64,000 nucleotides of DNA from Candidatus Woesebacteria bacterium (GCA_013374855.1 CP055308.1:465833-529832); one strand, 5' to 3'. Positions 48,291 to 59,030 are shown, counted from the stretch's first letter. Program-made: numbers and translations. The notes: generated by a model from the sequence alone, not told the origin.

Positions 48291-49760
48291 TTGATGAAAA
48301 GGCGGTTAGAAAAGGTTAGAAAAGAACGTTTGGAAAAAATAAAAAAGTTGGAAAAATTGGGTGTTTCTCCTTATCCTACTTCAATTACTCTAATTGGAGA
48401 AAGAATCACAGCAGAAAAGGCTAAGAATTCTTTAGGTAAAGAAGTTTTAGTAGCAGGAAGAATAATGTCTTTGAGAAGTCATGGTGCTATTGTGTTTTTG
48501 GATTTGAAAGATTTTTCAGACTCAGTACAAGTTTTTTTTCAAAAAAGGGTTCTTGGTGATCGATATTCTCAAATTTTTCTTTTTGATATTGGTGACTTTA
48601 TTGCTGTCAAGGGAAGGGTTGATAAAACACAGGCTGGGGAGATTACTGTTTTTGTTTCGGATTTTCAATTTTTGTCAAAAGCTATAAGACCTCTTCCTTC
48701 TTCTTGGTATGGTTTAAAAGATGTTGAGGAAAGGTACCGAAAAAGATACCTTGATATCTTGTTTAACAAGGAAGTTAAGGAGAGGTTTTTGTTAAGAACA
48801 AAACTTGTTAGGGAAATAAGGAACTATCTTGATAATCTTGGTTTTCAGGAGGTTGAAACCCCTACACTACAGCCTCTTTATGGTGGGGCAAACGCTAAAC
48901 CATTCAAAACCCATCTTAATGCTTTGGATTGCGATATGTACTTAAGGATTGCTGATGAGCTTTATTTAAAACGGCTTTTGGTGGGTGGGTATGAGAAGGT
49001 GTATGAAATTTGTAAAGATTTTAGGAACGAGGGAATGGATTTAACTCATAACCCTGAGTTTACTATGATTGAATATTATGAGGCTTATGCCGATTATCAT
49101 AGAGTAATGGATGTAACGGAAGGTCTTTTTAAGCATTTGGCTAAGTCTATCTTTGGGAAGATGGAGATTGAGGTTGGGGAAAAGAAAATTGATATTTCTA
49201 GAAGATGGCCTCGGGTTAAGATGGTTGATGTTATAAGGGAAAAGCTTGGTATTAATGTCTTGCAAGAATCTAAGGAAAGTTTAATTAAGTTTTGCGAGGA
49301 TAATTCAATAGAACTGATTGGTGGGGAGGAGAAAGGGCAGTTGATTTATACCATCTTTGAGCATAAGGTTACAGACCTATTGGTTGATCCTATTTGGGTT
49401 ATTGATTACCCGGAGTCTGTTAGCCCTCTTTCTAAGGGCAAAAAAGATGAGCCTGGTTGGGTAGAAAGATTTGAAGGTTATATTGGAGGGAAAGAAATTT
49501 GTGATGGTTGGAGTGAGCTTAATGATCCTTTGGTGCAGCGTGCTCGTTTTGAATCAGATAAAAAAGCTGCGAGAAAGGACAAAGAGGAGGCTCAACAGGT
49601 GGATGAGGATTTTTTGGAAGCGATGGAATATGGTATGCCTCCTATTGGTGGTATAGGTATAGGTATAGACAGGCTAACAATGTTTTTTACTAATACCTGG
49701 AGCATTAAGGAAGTTATAATTTTCCCTACTATGCGTCCTTTAAGGGGTAAAAAGAGTTAA
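48291..49760 (+). CDS. lysS: Lysine--tRNA ligase (class II)
   Basis: RYRKRYLD, GGANAKPFKT, FRNEGMDLTHNPEFTM, YGMPPIGGIGIGIDRL. Confidence 0.98.
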   Translation: MMKRRLEKVRKERLEKIKKLEKLGVSPYPTSITLIGERITAEKAKNSLGKEVLVAGRIMSLRSHGAIVFLDLKDFSDSVQVFFQKRVLGDRYSQIFLFDIGDFIAVKGRVDKTQAGEITVFVSDFQFLSKAIRPLPSSWYGLKDVEERYRKRYLDILFNKEVKERFLLRTKLVREIRNYLDNLGFQEVETPTLQPLYGGANAKPFKTHLNALDCDMYLRIADELYLKRLLVGGYEKVYEICKDFRNEGMDLTHNPEFTMIEYYEAYADYHRVMDVTEGLFKHLAKSIFGKMEIEVGEKKIDISRRWPRVKMVDVIREKLGINVLQESKESLIKFCEDNSIELIGGEEKGQLIYTIFEHKVTDLLVDPIWVIDYPESVSPLSKGKKDEPGWVERFEGYIGGKEICDGWSELNDPLVQRARFESDKKAARKDKEEAQQVDEDFLEAMEYGMPPIGGIGIGIDRLTMFFTNTWSIKEVIIFPTMRPLRGKKS

Positions 49761-49763
49761 GTT

Positions 49764-50351
49764 ATGCAGGATTTGGGTATTCCCTACGATAAAGCACTAA
49801 GCCTTCTTGATGAGTATGTTAAGAATAAGATAACCCGTCTTCATTTGATTGAATCAGAAATAATAATGCGTGCTGTAGCCAAAAGATTGGGGGAAGATGA
49901 GGAAGAATGGGGGATCATCGGTCTTTTGCATGATATAGATTGGGATCTAACTAAAGAGAAACCAGATGAGCATTGCATAAAAGCAGCAGAAATTCTAAAG
50001 AGAGAAGGAGCTAGTGATTTTTTGATAGAAACAATTCAATCACACGCTTGGGGAAAATGGGGAGTACCTCATTTTGCCAACAAGGAAAGGCAAACTCCTC
50101 TTCAGCATTTGTTGGCAGCTTCAGAGACTCTAACAGGACTTATTGTGGCTTGTGCTTTGGTAATGCCTGATAAAAAATTGGCAAGTGTAAGTCTTTCTTC
50201 TCTTGAGAAAAAGTTCAGGTCACCTAGTTTTGCCAGAAATTGTCGGCGAGAAATTATAGCTGAATGTGAACTTGCAGGAATTCCTTTGAATGAATTTTTA
50301 TCATTGTCTTTGAATGCCATGAAAGCAAATGCCGAAAGATTGGGTTTGTAG
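49764..50351 (+). CDS. HD (HDIG) domain protein
   Basis: H...E..MRA.A, GLLHDID, ASETLTGLIVACALV. Confidence 0.88.
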   Translation: MQDLGIPYDKALSLLDEYVKNKITRLHLIESEIIMRAVAKRLGEDEEEWGIIGLLHDIDWDLTKEKPDEHCIKAAEILKREGASDFLIETIQSHAWGKWGVPHFANKERQTPLQHLLAASETLTGLIVACALVMPDKKLASVSLSSLEKKFRSPSFARNCRREIIAECELAGIPLNEFLSLSLNAMKANAERLGL

Positions 50352-50362
50352 TATAATAGGTT

Positions 50363-51601
50363 ATGATAGATATTAATTTATTGCGTCAAGACCCTGATTT
50401 TTTTAAGAAAACAACCCGTGATAAAGGTTTTGATGAGTTGGTTGTAGATAATTTGTTGAGAGTTGATAAAAAAAGAAGAGAGCTGCTTTCTGATATAGGA
50501 TCCCTTAGGGCTAGAAAGAATAAGCTTACAGAAAAAGATAGAGACGAAGGTAAAAAAATTAAGCTTGAGATTAAAAATAAAGAATTAGAATTTGAGGGAA
50601 TTGATAGACAATATAAAGAATTAATGCTAAAGATTCCCAATCCTTCAGCTCCTGATGTGAAGGTTGGTTCTCCTGAGGAAAATGAAGTTTTGCGCCAGGT
50701 GGGCAAAAAACCGCAATTTGATTTTGAAGTTAAGGATCACTTAGAAATAGGGGAGTTAACAGATACAATTGACATTAAACGCGGAGCAAAAGTAGCTCAA
50801 TCTGGTTTTTATTATCTTAAAGGTGATGGGGCTTTACTTGAGCTTGCTTTGATTAGGTTTGCTTTTGACAAGCTGGTTAAGCATGGTTTTCTGCCTGTGA
50901 TAACCCCAAATGTAGCTAAAGAAAGAAATATTGTGGGATGTGGTTTTCAGGCGCGTAGCGAGAAAGAAAGACAAATTTATCATGTTGAGGGAGAAGATTT
51001 AGATTTAATAGCAACTGCAGAAATTACACTTGTTGGAATGCACACAGATGAAGTGTTTGAGGAAAAAGATTTACCCAAAACTTATGTTGGTTTTTCTTCT
51101 TGCTATAGGACAGAAGCTGGCAGTTATGGGAAAGATGTTAGGGGAATAATGAGAGTGCATGAGTTTAGAAAAATAGAGATGGTTGTTTTTTGTCTGCCGG
51201 AAGAGTCGGATAAGTGGCATGATAAACTCCTTTCTATTGAAGAGGAGATATGGAAGGATCTGGAGATTCCCTATCGGGTGGTGAAGATGGCAACAGGAGA
51301 CTTGGGAAATGCTGCGGCAAGAAAATACGATATTGAAGCTTGGATTCCTTCGCAGAATAAGTATCGTGAGGTAACTTCAACAAGCAATACTACCGATTTT
51401 CAAGCAAGAAGACTTAATATAAAGTTTCGAAGAAAAGGTTCTCTTGAGTATGTTCATACTCTAAACGGTACAGTTTTGGCATTTGGTAGGGCAATGGTTG
51501 CGCTTTATGAGAATTATCAAAATGAAGATGGGTCGGTTAATATTCCTTCTGTTTTAAGACCTTATTTTAACAAGGAAAAGATAGACATTTCTTCTAAGTA
51601 G
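50363..51601 (+). CDS. serS: Serine--tRNA ligase
   Basis: MIDINLLR, LIATAEI, CYRTEAGSYGKD, STSNTTDFQARR, HTLNGT. Confidence 0.98.
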   Translation: MIDINLLRQDPDFFKKTTRDKGFDELVVDNLLRVDKKRRELLSDIGSLRARKNKLTEKDRDEGKKIKLEIKNKELEFEGIDRQYKELMLKIPNPSAPDVKVGSPEENEVLRQVGKKPQFDFEVKDHLEIGELTDTIDIKRGAKVAQSGFYYLKGDGALLELALIRFAFDKLVKHGFLPVITPNVAKERNIVGCGFQARSEKERQIYHVEGEDLDLIATAEITLVGMHTDEVFEEKDLPKTYVGFSSCYRTEAGSYGKDVRGIMRVHEFRKIEMVVFCLPEESDKWHDKLLSIEEEIWKDLEIPYRVVKMATGDLGNAAARKYDIEAWIPSQNKYREVTSTSNTTDFQARRLNIKFRRKGSLEYVHTLNGTVLAFGRAMVALYENYQNEDGSVNIPSVLRPYFNKEKIDISSK

Positions 51602-52181
51602 CTACCTAATATATTTTAGAAGTTTTAGATAGGAAGTTTTATCTAGTATCATTTAGCAATAAAAGCATCGAAAACAAGGGGTGATTCTTGAATACTCTCA
51701 ATTTTTTGGAAAACTTATGATCCACAGTGTTATGGTCTATCCTTGGGAAATACTGGAATATGAATAAAATGAATTTGAAGTAAAAATCTCAAAAAATATA
51801 ATGACAATTATTATACTTGTTGAATATAAGTGGATAAAAAAAATTTTAAGCAAGAACAATCCTTCTTGATTTTTCCACACGCTGTAGCCCAATCTACACT
51901 TATTAAAAAGTATTTGAAAATAAATAAGAACTCTAAATAGGTTAATTAAGAAATATACTTAATAGAAAATAATAAAGTGCAAGCTTTTCCCCAAACTTGA
52001 TTCACTATATCTAACATTTTTGATAACAAATTGATTGAACATCTGCTATTCAAAAACAGCTATAAAGCCTATGATCCTATTATCCTTAGATTACCTGATT
52101 GAAAAATTATCAGTTTCTTGGCAATTTGCGGTATTTTTATGACTTCTTGACTTTTTCTACCTTTTGTTTATCATTAACTTA

Positions 52182-52838
52182 ATGAGGAAATTTTCTTTAT
52201 TGGTGTTATTTATTTTATTTTTTGTTTTGGCAAAATCCTCTTTTGCTCTTCCTATAAATGCACGTCCTTATGTTAATAAAAACGTGGTTGAATCAGTTGA
52301 CGTTTCACCAACTCCTTCTTCTAAAATTGCCCCTCAACAAATAAGGGTTAACACCAGAGAGAAAGTTCAGGAAAGGGTAAAAGCTATGCTTGATGGCGAG
52401 AGACTCCGTGCTTGCCAGGCAAGACAGGAAGCGATTAAAAATAGGCAGCAATCTCTTGTGAAGCTTGCAACAGGGCATCTTAGGAGAATTGATGATTGGG
52501 TGAATCTCTTGAAGATCTTTTATGAAGAGAAGCTTGTTCCACAGGGGGTAGAAATTGAAAATTATGATGAAATTTTGTCAGAAATTGACGAAGCAAGACA
52601 GAATGTTGTTTCTTCTTTAGATGAAGCTTCAGGATTGGCAGATGAGTTTAGTTGCGAAAGTGATGATCCGAAAGGTCTCTATAATCAGTTTAGGGAGTCT
52701 ATGCAGGAGGTAAAAATGAATTTGCAAGAATACAGGAAAGCTGTTAAAGATTTGCTTGTGGCAATAAGAAAAGTTGCTGGTGAAGCAAAATCTTCACCAA
52801 AGCCAACAGCAACGGTAATTCCAACCCAAGAAGATTAA
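52182..52838 (+). CDS. Hypothetical secreted helical protein
   Basis: Signal peptide (SFA), PTP linker, coiled-coil body with two Cys. Confidence 0.75.
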   Translation: MRKFSLLVLFILFFVLAKSSFALPINARPYVNKNVVESVDVSPTPSSKIAPQQIRVNTREKVQERVKAMLDGERLRACQARQEAIKNRQQSLVKLATGHLRRIDDWVNLLKIFYEEKLVPQGVEIENYDEILSEIDEARQNVVSSLDEASGLADEFSCESDDPKGLYNQFRESMQEVKMNLQEYRKAVKDLLVAIRKVAGEAKSSPKPTATVIPTQED

Positions 52839-52841
52839 AGT

Positions 52842-53135
52842 ATGAAAGATAAAAGAAACTTAATAATTTTATTATCAGTTGCTTTTGTTTTAGCTTTTGT
52901 GGTTGTTCTGATAACCAGAGCAGGGTTTTTAAGAAAATCCCCCAAACAGGAAAAACCAGGTACAGGCCTGCCTGAGAGCGTTGAGAGGTATTACCAAGAG
53001 TCAGCCCCAAAAGAGCCCACTTCTCCTATAAAAGACGACTCTGATTTAGAAGCGCTTTCTGATGAAATTGATTCTACCTCTTTTGATTTTGACTCTGACC
53101 TTCGACAGCTTGATAAGGATTTTGCTTCTTTCTAA
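52842..53135 (+). CDS. Hypothetical single-TM protein with acidic tail
   Basis: N-terminal TM; 3 bp after the upstream stop. Confidence 0.7.
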   Translation: MKDKRNLIILLSVAFVLAFVVVLITRAGFLRKSPKQEKPGTGLPESVERYYQESAPKEPTSPIKDDSDLEALSDEIDSTSFDFDSDLRQLDKDFASF

Positions 53136-53190
53136 TTTCTCACTTTCCCTTTTGTCTTTTTGCTAGTTTAACTTCATCTTTCTTTTGTTT

Positions 53191-53218
53191 TGTTTCGATG
53201 TATTAATACATCGAAACA
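53191..53218. repeat. 28-bp perfect palindrome, variant A, copy 4 (extends to 32 bp, 53189-53220)
   Basis: TGTTTCGATGTATTAATACATCGAAACA. Confidence 0.97.
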
Positions 53219-53325
53219 AAGTTAGCTAATAATTGCGGGTTTTTAAAAATTTTTCTAGTGCGATCCTTCAGTTGTTTTTCAGGATTTGGTTTTATATTTG
53301 TTTTAACAAGAAGGGAGGTGAGAGT

Positions 53326-53718
53326 ATGAAAAATTTGATTGTTGTTTTGCTTGTCGTGCTGGGAGTTTTGTTTGTCTTATCTATTGGTTTTTTGATGGGG
53401 AAAAAATTTAATTTAATGAGTTACCGTTTTAATAATTCTCCTGCTTATGGGTTTGGAGGTAGATTTGGAATATACAAAAGAGGTTTTGAAAGACCTATGA
53501 GGATTGCTAGAGGGGGATATGCAGAAGTAGTAAAGAGGAATGGTAATAAGTTAACTCTCAGATTTTCCAACGGCTTTGAAAAAGAGGTAGAATTATCACA
53601 AGATACTACCGTTTATGTGCAAACTAGGGGTAGTTTAGATGATCTAACTGAAGGAAGCAAAATTTTAGTGAAAGGTATTGAAGGATTAGACCAGGTGATT
53701 GTAGTTGAAAAACAATGA
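53326..53718 (+). CDS. Single-TM protein with small beta-barrel (DUF5666-like) domain
   Basis: AAGGGAGGTG SD; TM, Gly/Arg linker, LTL.......VEL...T......GSLDDL.EG..I.V; resembles 58623-59030. Confidence 0.7.
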   Translation: MKNLIVVLLVVLGVLFVLSIGFLMGKKFNLMSYRFNNSPAYGFGGRFGIYKRGFERPMRIARGGYAEVVKRNGNKLTLRFSNGFEKEVELSQDTTVYVQTRGSLDDLTEGSKILVKGIEGLDQVIVVEKQ

Positions 53719-54380
53719 AAGTCTTGATTGTAGAGGATGAGCACAGAATTGCCTCTTCTATTAAGAAGGGGCTGGAGATGGAGAATTTTGTGGTAGATGT
53801 GGCCTATGACGGTGTAGAAGGTTTGGATTTAGCATCAACTGGAGATTATGATTGTGTACTTCTTGATTTGATGCTGCCTGGAATGAATGGTTTGGAAGTA
53901 TGTCGCCGCTTGCGAGAAGAAAGAATTCATACACCTGTTCTTATGTTAACTGCCAAAGGGGAGTTGGATGATAAGATAAAAGGTTTTGATGTGGGAGCTG
54001 ATGACTATCTGACTAAACCTTTTTCTTTTGAAGAATTGCTGGCAAGAGTTCGTGCGTTGACTCGACGATCGCAAACAGTATTTCATCCAGTTTTGGAAGT
54101 CGATGACTTAAGATTGGATAGCCGTTCTTTTGAGGTAATCAGACAAGGTGTGAAGATTTTGTTATCCAGAAAGGAGTATGCAGTACTTGAGTATCTTATG
54201 CGAAACAGAGGGAGAGTAGTTAGTAAAGACGAGATTATCAGTCATGTGTGGGAGTATGATGCTGACATCTTACCCAATACGGTAGAAGTTTTTATTAAAA
54301 ATCTGCGTCGTAAGATAGATAGACCCTTTGAGAGAAATCTGATTAAGACTGTAAGAGGTTTTGGTTATAAGATTGATTGA
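53715..54380 (+). CDS. OmpR/PhoB-family response regulator
   Basis: LIVEDE, LLDLMLP, GADDYLTKPF, IKTVRGFGY. Confidence 0.97.
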   Translation: MKVLIVEDEHRIASSIKKGLEMENFVVDVAYDGVEGLDLASTGDYDCVLLDLMLPGMNGLEVCRRLREERIHTPVLMLTAKGELDDKIKGFDVGADDYLTKPFSFEELLARVRALTRRSQTVFHPVLEVDDLRLDSRSFEVIRQGVKILLSRKEYAVLEYLMRNRGRVVSKDEIISHVWEYDADILPNTVEVFIKNLRRKIDRPFERNLIKTVRGFGYKID

Positions 54381-54383
54381 TAT

Positions 54384-55406
54384 ATGTTTAATGAAGCTCG
54401 TCTGAAACTTACCCTTTGGTATCTTTTAATTCTGATGCTTATCAGTTTTGGTTTTAGTGTGGTTATTTACAAAGTCTTGGATTCAGAGTTGAATAGATTT
54501 TCGTTTGCTCAACGGATGCGTTTGGAAAACCGTTTCAGAGAGTTTCGTAATCCTAATTTTGAATATTCACCTCGTTTATTTATGACCCCCGATTTGGTAG
54601 ATGAAACAAGGAAGAGAATAGTTCTTTTTTTGTTTTTGATAAATGGAGGGATCTTGGTTGCAGGTGGTACTCTTTCATATTTTCTTGCTGGTAAGACTTT
54701 GAAGCCGATCGAAGAAATGGTGAGTCAGCAAAAACAGTTTATTTCTGATGCTTCTCATGAATTTAAGACCCCACTTGCTTCTCTTAAGACATCTTTAGAA
54801 GTGGCTTTGAGAGACAAGAATTTAGATTTGGCTGAATCTAAAAGAGTGTTAAAAGATAATCTTGTTGAGGTGGAGAGGTTGCAAAAGTTAACAGAAAATC
54901 TTCTTGTTCTTTCTCGTTACGAGGCTGAAGGGAAAGGAAAAAGGAACTTATCAAGAGTAAATTTTTCTTTGATTTTTGATGAGGCCTTAAGGCGAGTAAA
55001 GCCGTTGCTGAAGGCAAAGGGGATAAGACTAAAAAAAGATATTAGGGATGTTGAGTTTTTGGTGGACGCTGAAAGTATGGTGGAACTTTTGGTTGTTCTG
55101 CTGGATAATGCGATAAAGTATAGCTACAAAAAGGGAATAGTGGAAGTTGTTTCTTATGCTAAGAGAAATTTTTTGTTTTTTGAAGTTAAAGATTATGGAA
55201 TTGGTATTAAGCCCGAAGATCAAAAACATATTTTCGATCGCTTTTACAGAGCTGACAGTTCTCGTCAGAGCAATGAACGGCAAGGTTTTGGAATTGGTCT
55301 TTCTCTAGCAAAAAGAATAGTTGAAAAGCACAAAGGAGAGATATTTGTGAAAAGCAAGTTTGGGAAAGGAAGTGTTTTTGTGGTAAAAATACCACTCTCC
55401 TCTTAG
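54384..55406 (+). CDS. Sensor histidine kinase
   Basis: 2 TM, DASHEFKTPL (H box), LLDNAIKY, D.GIG, FYRADSSR, G.GIGLSLAK. Confidence 0.97.
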   Translation: MFNEARLKLTLWYLLILMLISFGFSVVIYKVLDSELNRFSFAQRMRLENRFREFRNPNFEYSPRLFMTPDLVDETRKRIVLFLFLINGGILVAGGTLSYFLAGKTLKPIEEMVSQQKQFISDASHEFKTPLASLKTSLEVALRDKNLDLAESKRVLKDNLVEVERLQKLTENLLVLSRYEAEGKGKRNLSRVNFSLIFDEALRRVKPLLKAKGIRLKKDIRDVEFLVDAESMVELLVVLLDNAIKYSYKKGIVEVVSYAKRNFLFFEVKDYGIGIKPEDQKHIFDRFYRADSSRQSNERQGFGIGLSLAKRIVEKHKGEIFVKSKFGKGSVFVVKIPLSS

Positions 55407-55456
55407 ATTTTCAGGTTTTTTTCAGCAAATTTATTTAATCTTATAATTAAGGTAAG

Positions 55457-56674
55457 ATGAACGTCTTAGTTAAATTAAAGAAGCTACTAAGAACAAGATC
55501 TTTATTAGTTGCAGTCTTGTTTTTGGTGGTGGTTGGTGTGTTTTGGTTTATAAGGTATAAGAGTTCTAAAAACGGTAAGGTTGTTTATCAAACAGCGAGG
55601 GTAGAAAGAGGAACAGTGGTGTCTTCTATTTCTGCGTCAGGTAGTATTATTTCTTCTAACTTTATTTCGATTGATACAACAGCCAGTGGCGTGGTAAAAG
55701 AAGTTTTTGTTAAGGAAGGTCAGAAAGTTTATAAAGGTCAAAGAATTGCTAGGATTGAGCTTGATATGGAGGGAGAGCAAAGGCTAGCCTCTGCTTATTC
55801 TAGCTTAATTTCGGCAGATAATGCTTTAGCCTCAGCTAATAATAGCCTACGTCAAGCTCAGGCTTCTTTGGAGAAAGTTTATGATGAAATAAAAGGACAC
55901 GACAGTGATGAAACTTTTGCAATGAAGGAGACAAGAACTAAAGCAGAAGTAGCAAAAGATAATGCCTACAACAGTTTAAGAAGCGCCCAAGCTAGTTTGT
56001 CGGTTGCTTCCTATAATTATCGTCTTGCCTCACCTGATATTTTAGCTCCTGTCTCGGGTGTCGTGGGGAGTATAAATATTGTTCCTGGGATGGTTTTGGG
56101 AAGTGTTTCAAGTCAGTCGGGTTCTTCATCAACCAGAGTTGGAGTTATAAAGTTTGAAGGTCTGCCTGTGGCTTCTTTTAACGTATCTGAAGTTGATATC
56201 TCGAAGGTTAAAGAAGGACAAAAGGCGACAATTACGATAGATTCTATATTTGGCAAGACTTTTACAGGAAAGGTCGTGGCAGTAGACAGAGTTGGTATAA
56301 GCTCAAGTGGCGTTACCAACTATCCAGTTTTAGTTCAATTTGATAATAGTGTTCCTGAAATTCTGCCTAATATGTCAGCTTCGGTTAATATAATTTTAGA
56401 CACTAAAGCTGATGTTCTTGTAATTCCTAATTCAGCTCTAGTTACAGCAGGTGATGGAAGCACGAGTGTTAGAGTGCTGAAAAATGGTAAAGAAGAGACC
56501 TTGTCTGTGGTAGTAGGTATTTCTTCTGATACGAATACAGAAATAGTTTCTGGATTAAGCGAGGGTGATACAGTTGTTACTGGAACAGTTTCTTCTAGTT
56601 CTACGCAAGGTGGTGCTAACAGGTCTGTTTCTCCATTTAGTTCTTTTGGTGGTGGGGGATTTAGGATGAGGTAA
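55457..56674 (+). CDS. MacA-like membrane fusion (adaptor) protein
   Basis: N-terminal TM, VKEGQKVYKGQ, ILAPVSGVV, VSEVDISKVKEGQ, PNMSA, EIVSGL.EGD. Confidence 0.92.
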   Translation: MNVLVKLKKLLRTRSLLVAVLFLVVVGVFWFIRYKSSKNGKVVYQTARVERGTVVSSISASGSIISSNFISIDTTASGVVKEVFVKEGQKVYKGQRIARIELDMEGEQRLASAYSSLISADNALASANNSLRQAQASLEKVYDEIKGHDSDETFAMKETRTKAEVAKDNAYNSLRSAQASLSVASYNYRLASPDILAPVSGVVGSINIVPGMVLGSVSSQSGSSSTRVGVIKFEGLPVASFNVSEVDISKVKEGQKATITIDSIFGKTFTGKVVAVDRVGISSSGVTNYPVLVQFDNSVPEILPNMSASVNIILDTKADVLVIPNSALVTAGDGSTSVRVLKNGKEETLSVVVGISSDTNTEIVSGLSEGDTVVTGTVSSSSTQGGANRSVSPFSSFGGGGFRMR

Positions 56675-56675
56675 T

Positions 56676-57383
56676 ATGCCTACTATTATTGAAGTTTCGA
56701 ATGTCAGGAAAGTTTACAAGAATGATTCTGTGGAAACAATCGCTTTAGAGGGGATTTCTTTTAAGGTGCAAAAAGGAGAATTTGTAGCTATTATGGGACC
56801 TTCTGGTTCTGGTAAATCTACTCTTATGCATATTTTAGGGCTGCTTGACAAACCAACCAGTGGTAAATATTTTCTTGAGGAGGAGGATGTGTCTTTGTTG
56901 AATGAAGATAGATTGGCGGAGTTAAGAAATAGGAAGATAGGTTTTGTTTTTCAGGCTTACAACCTTCTTCCTCGTATATCGGCTTTAAAAAATGTGGCGC
57001 TACCAATGATTTATGGTGGGCTTGAAGAAGAGGAAGGGTTGATAAAAGCAAAACGTTTGTTAGAAATGGTTGGTATGGGGGATAGATTACTTTATACTCC
57101 TAGTCAGCTTTCGGGTGGCCAACAGCAAAGAGTAGCTATCGCTCGCAGTCTAACAATGAATCCTTCTCTAATTCTTGCTGATGAACCAACTGGAAATATT
57201 GCCACAAGTCAGGCAGAGGAAATTATGAAAATTTTTGTTGATCTAAACAAAAAAGGGCACACAATAGTAATTATTACCCATGAAGAAGATATTGCCTCAT
57301 ATGCTCAGCGGATTATTTATCTAAGAGACGGAAAAATAGTAAAAGAGTCCAAGAGTAAGAGGATTGTTAAGAAACTTGTCTAA
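56676..57383 (+). CDS. ABC transporter ATP-binding protein (MacB-like)
   Basis: [29 protein letters not shown]. Confidence 0.95.
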   Translation: MPTIIEVSNVRKVYKNDSVETIALEGISFKVQKGEFVAIMGPSGSGKSTLMHILGLLDKPTSGKYFLEEEDVSLLNEDRLAELRNRKIGFVFQAYNLLPRISALKNVALPMIYGGLEEEEGLIKAKRLLEMVGMGDRLLYTPSQLSGGQQQRVAIARSLTMNPSLILADEPTGNIATSQAEEIMKIFVDLNKKGHTIVIITHEEDIASYAQRIIYLRDGKIVKESKSKRIVKKLV

Positions 57384-57384
57384 T

Positions 57385-58608
57385 ATGGATTACAAAGAAA
57401 TTATATCTGAGGCAATATCTTCTTTACTTTTAAATAAAACAAGAACAGGGCTTGCTGCCCTTGGGGTAATTATTGGGATAGGGAGCGTGATAGCTCTAAT
57501 ATCATTGGGGCAGGCAAGCCAAAAAGCTGTGGAGAATCAAATTCAGTCTTTGGGTTCTAATCTACTCACGATTAGCCCAAGAGGTGCAAGTGTGGGTGGA
57601 GTACAAAGAGCGGGAGGGACAGGAACTACTTTAACTTTGGATGACGCGCTTGCGATATTAAAACAGTTTAGAGGTAGTTTAGTGAATGATGTTTCTCCTG
57701 AATTTTCCGGTCGTCGGCAAGTAACTGCTGGTCGCAAAAATATTAACACTCAAGTAATAGGAGTCTACCCCCAATATGCTCAAATTAGGAAAATTCAGAT
57801 AGACAAAGGTTATTTTATTAGCACCAGAGATGTTGAAGGAATGACTAGGGTGGCAGTAGTTGGCCCTCAGGTGGCAATTGATTTATTTGGAGAGGGGACA
57901 AATCCCGTGGGTAAGAGCATAAGAATAGAAGGGATTGCTTTTAAAATAATAGGACAGACTCTTGCTAAGGGGGGACAAGGTTTTGGTAATCCAGATGATT
58001 CTATTTATATTCCTTTATCAACAGCTCAGAAACAAATTTTTGGTGCTAATTATTTAACCAGTATTGCGGTTGAGGTAAAAGATGATAACATTATGACCGA
58101 TGCTCAAAATCAAATAGGCTATTTTCTTCTAGAGAGACATCGTCTTACAAGTCCTGAAAATGCAGATTTTAGTATATTTTCTCAAGCGGATGTTTTATCC
58201 ACAGCTTCTTCGGTAACTTCTACATTTACCACTTTATTGGCAGGTATTGCGGCGATTTCACTTTTGGTGGGGGGTATAGGAATTATGAATATAATGCTTG
58301 TGACAGTTACTGAGAGAACTCGCGAAATTGGACTACGCAAGGCTTTGGGTGCAAAAAACAAGCTTATCATAATTCAGTTCTTGCTTGAGGCGGTTATTTT
58401 GACTTTGAGTGGTGGAGTTTTGGGAATAGTACTTGGAATAACTGTTTCTTTTTTCCTTTCGCACAGTATGGGTTTGCCTTTTACTGTTTCTTTGTTGTCT
58501 ATTTTGCTTTCTTTTGGTGTTTCGGTGTTGGTGGGTATAATCTTTGGGATATATCCTGCTCGTAAGGCTTCTAAGCTTGAGCCTATTGAGGCTTTGAGAT
58601 ATGAATAA
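57385..58608 (+). CDS. MacB-like ABC transporter permease
   Basis: LGVIIGIGSVI, ISLLVGGIGIMNIMLVTVTERTREIGLRKALGA, PARKASKLEPIEALRYE. Confidence 0.95.
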   Translation: MDYKEIISEAISSLLLNKTRTGLAALGVIIGIGSVIALISLGQASQKAVENQIQSLGSNLLTISPRGASVGGVQRAGGTGTTLTLDDALAILKQFRGSLVNDVSPEFSGRRQVTAGRKNINTQVIGVYPQYAQIRKIQIDKGYFISTRDVEGMTRVAVVGPQVAIDLFGEGTNPVGKSIRIEGIAFKIIGQTLAKGGQGFGNPDDSIYIPLSTAQKQIFGANYLTSIAVEVKDDNIMTDAQNQIGYFLLERHRLTSPENADFSIFSQADVLSTASSVTSTFTTLLAGIAAISLLVGGIGIMNIMLVTVTERTREIGLRKALGAKNKLIIIQFLLEAVILTLSGGVLGIVLGITVSFFLSHSMGLPFTVSLLSILLSFGVSVLVGIIFGIYPARKASKLEPIEALRYE

Positions 58609-58622
58609 AGGAGGTGATTAAT

Positions 58623-59030
58623 ATGAAAAATAAGTTTTTGTTAGTAGTGATGGCTTTTTCTTTGGTGTTTGGGGTTTTGGGTTTTTGGGGAGGAATAAAG
58701 TATCAACAATCCAAAAACCCACGTTTTCCGGTGCGGAATTTTGCTGGGAATGGTAATTTTCCTGGTCAGAACCAGAATAATTTTCGGCCGGTTAGTGGGG
58801 AAATAATATCAGTTGATGACAAGAGCATTACGGTTAAATTACCTGATGGCTCAAGTAAGATAGTTTTCTTAACTGATTCAACAGTAATTAGCAAATCGGA
58901 TTCTGCCACTAAAGAAGATCTTAAGGCTGGAGAAAAAATCTCTGCTTTTGGAACAGTAAATCAAGACGGTACGGTTGTTGCATCTAATATTCAACTTAAT
59001 TCTGTTTTTCGAACCGGACCACAGCGATAG
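58623..59030 (+). CDS. Single-TM protein with DUF5666-like domain
   Basis: AAGGAGGTG SD; FWGGIKYQQ, GEIISVDDKSITVKLPDGSSKIV, DLKAGEKI. Confidence 0.78.
   Translation: MKNKFLLVVMAFSLVFGVLGFWGGIKYQQSKNPRFPVRNFAGNGNFPGQNQNNFRPVSGEIISVDDKSITVKLPDGSSKIVFLTDSTVISKSDSATKEDLKAGEKISAFGTVNQDGTVVASNIQLNSVFRTGPQR

Noticed and set aside
49650-49668. GGTATA tandem repeat
   Set aside because: Encodes the conserved GIGIGID motif 3 of LysRS
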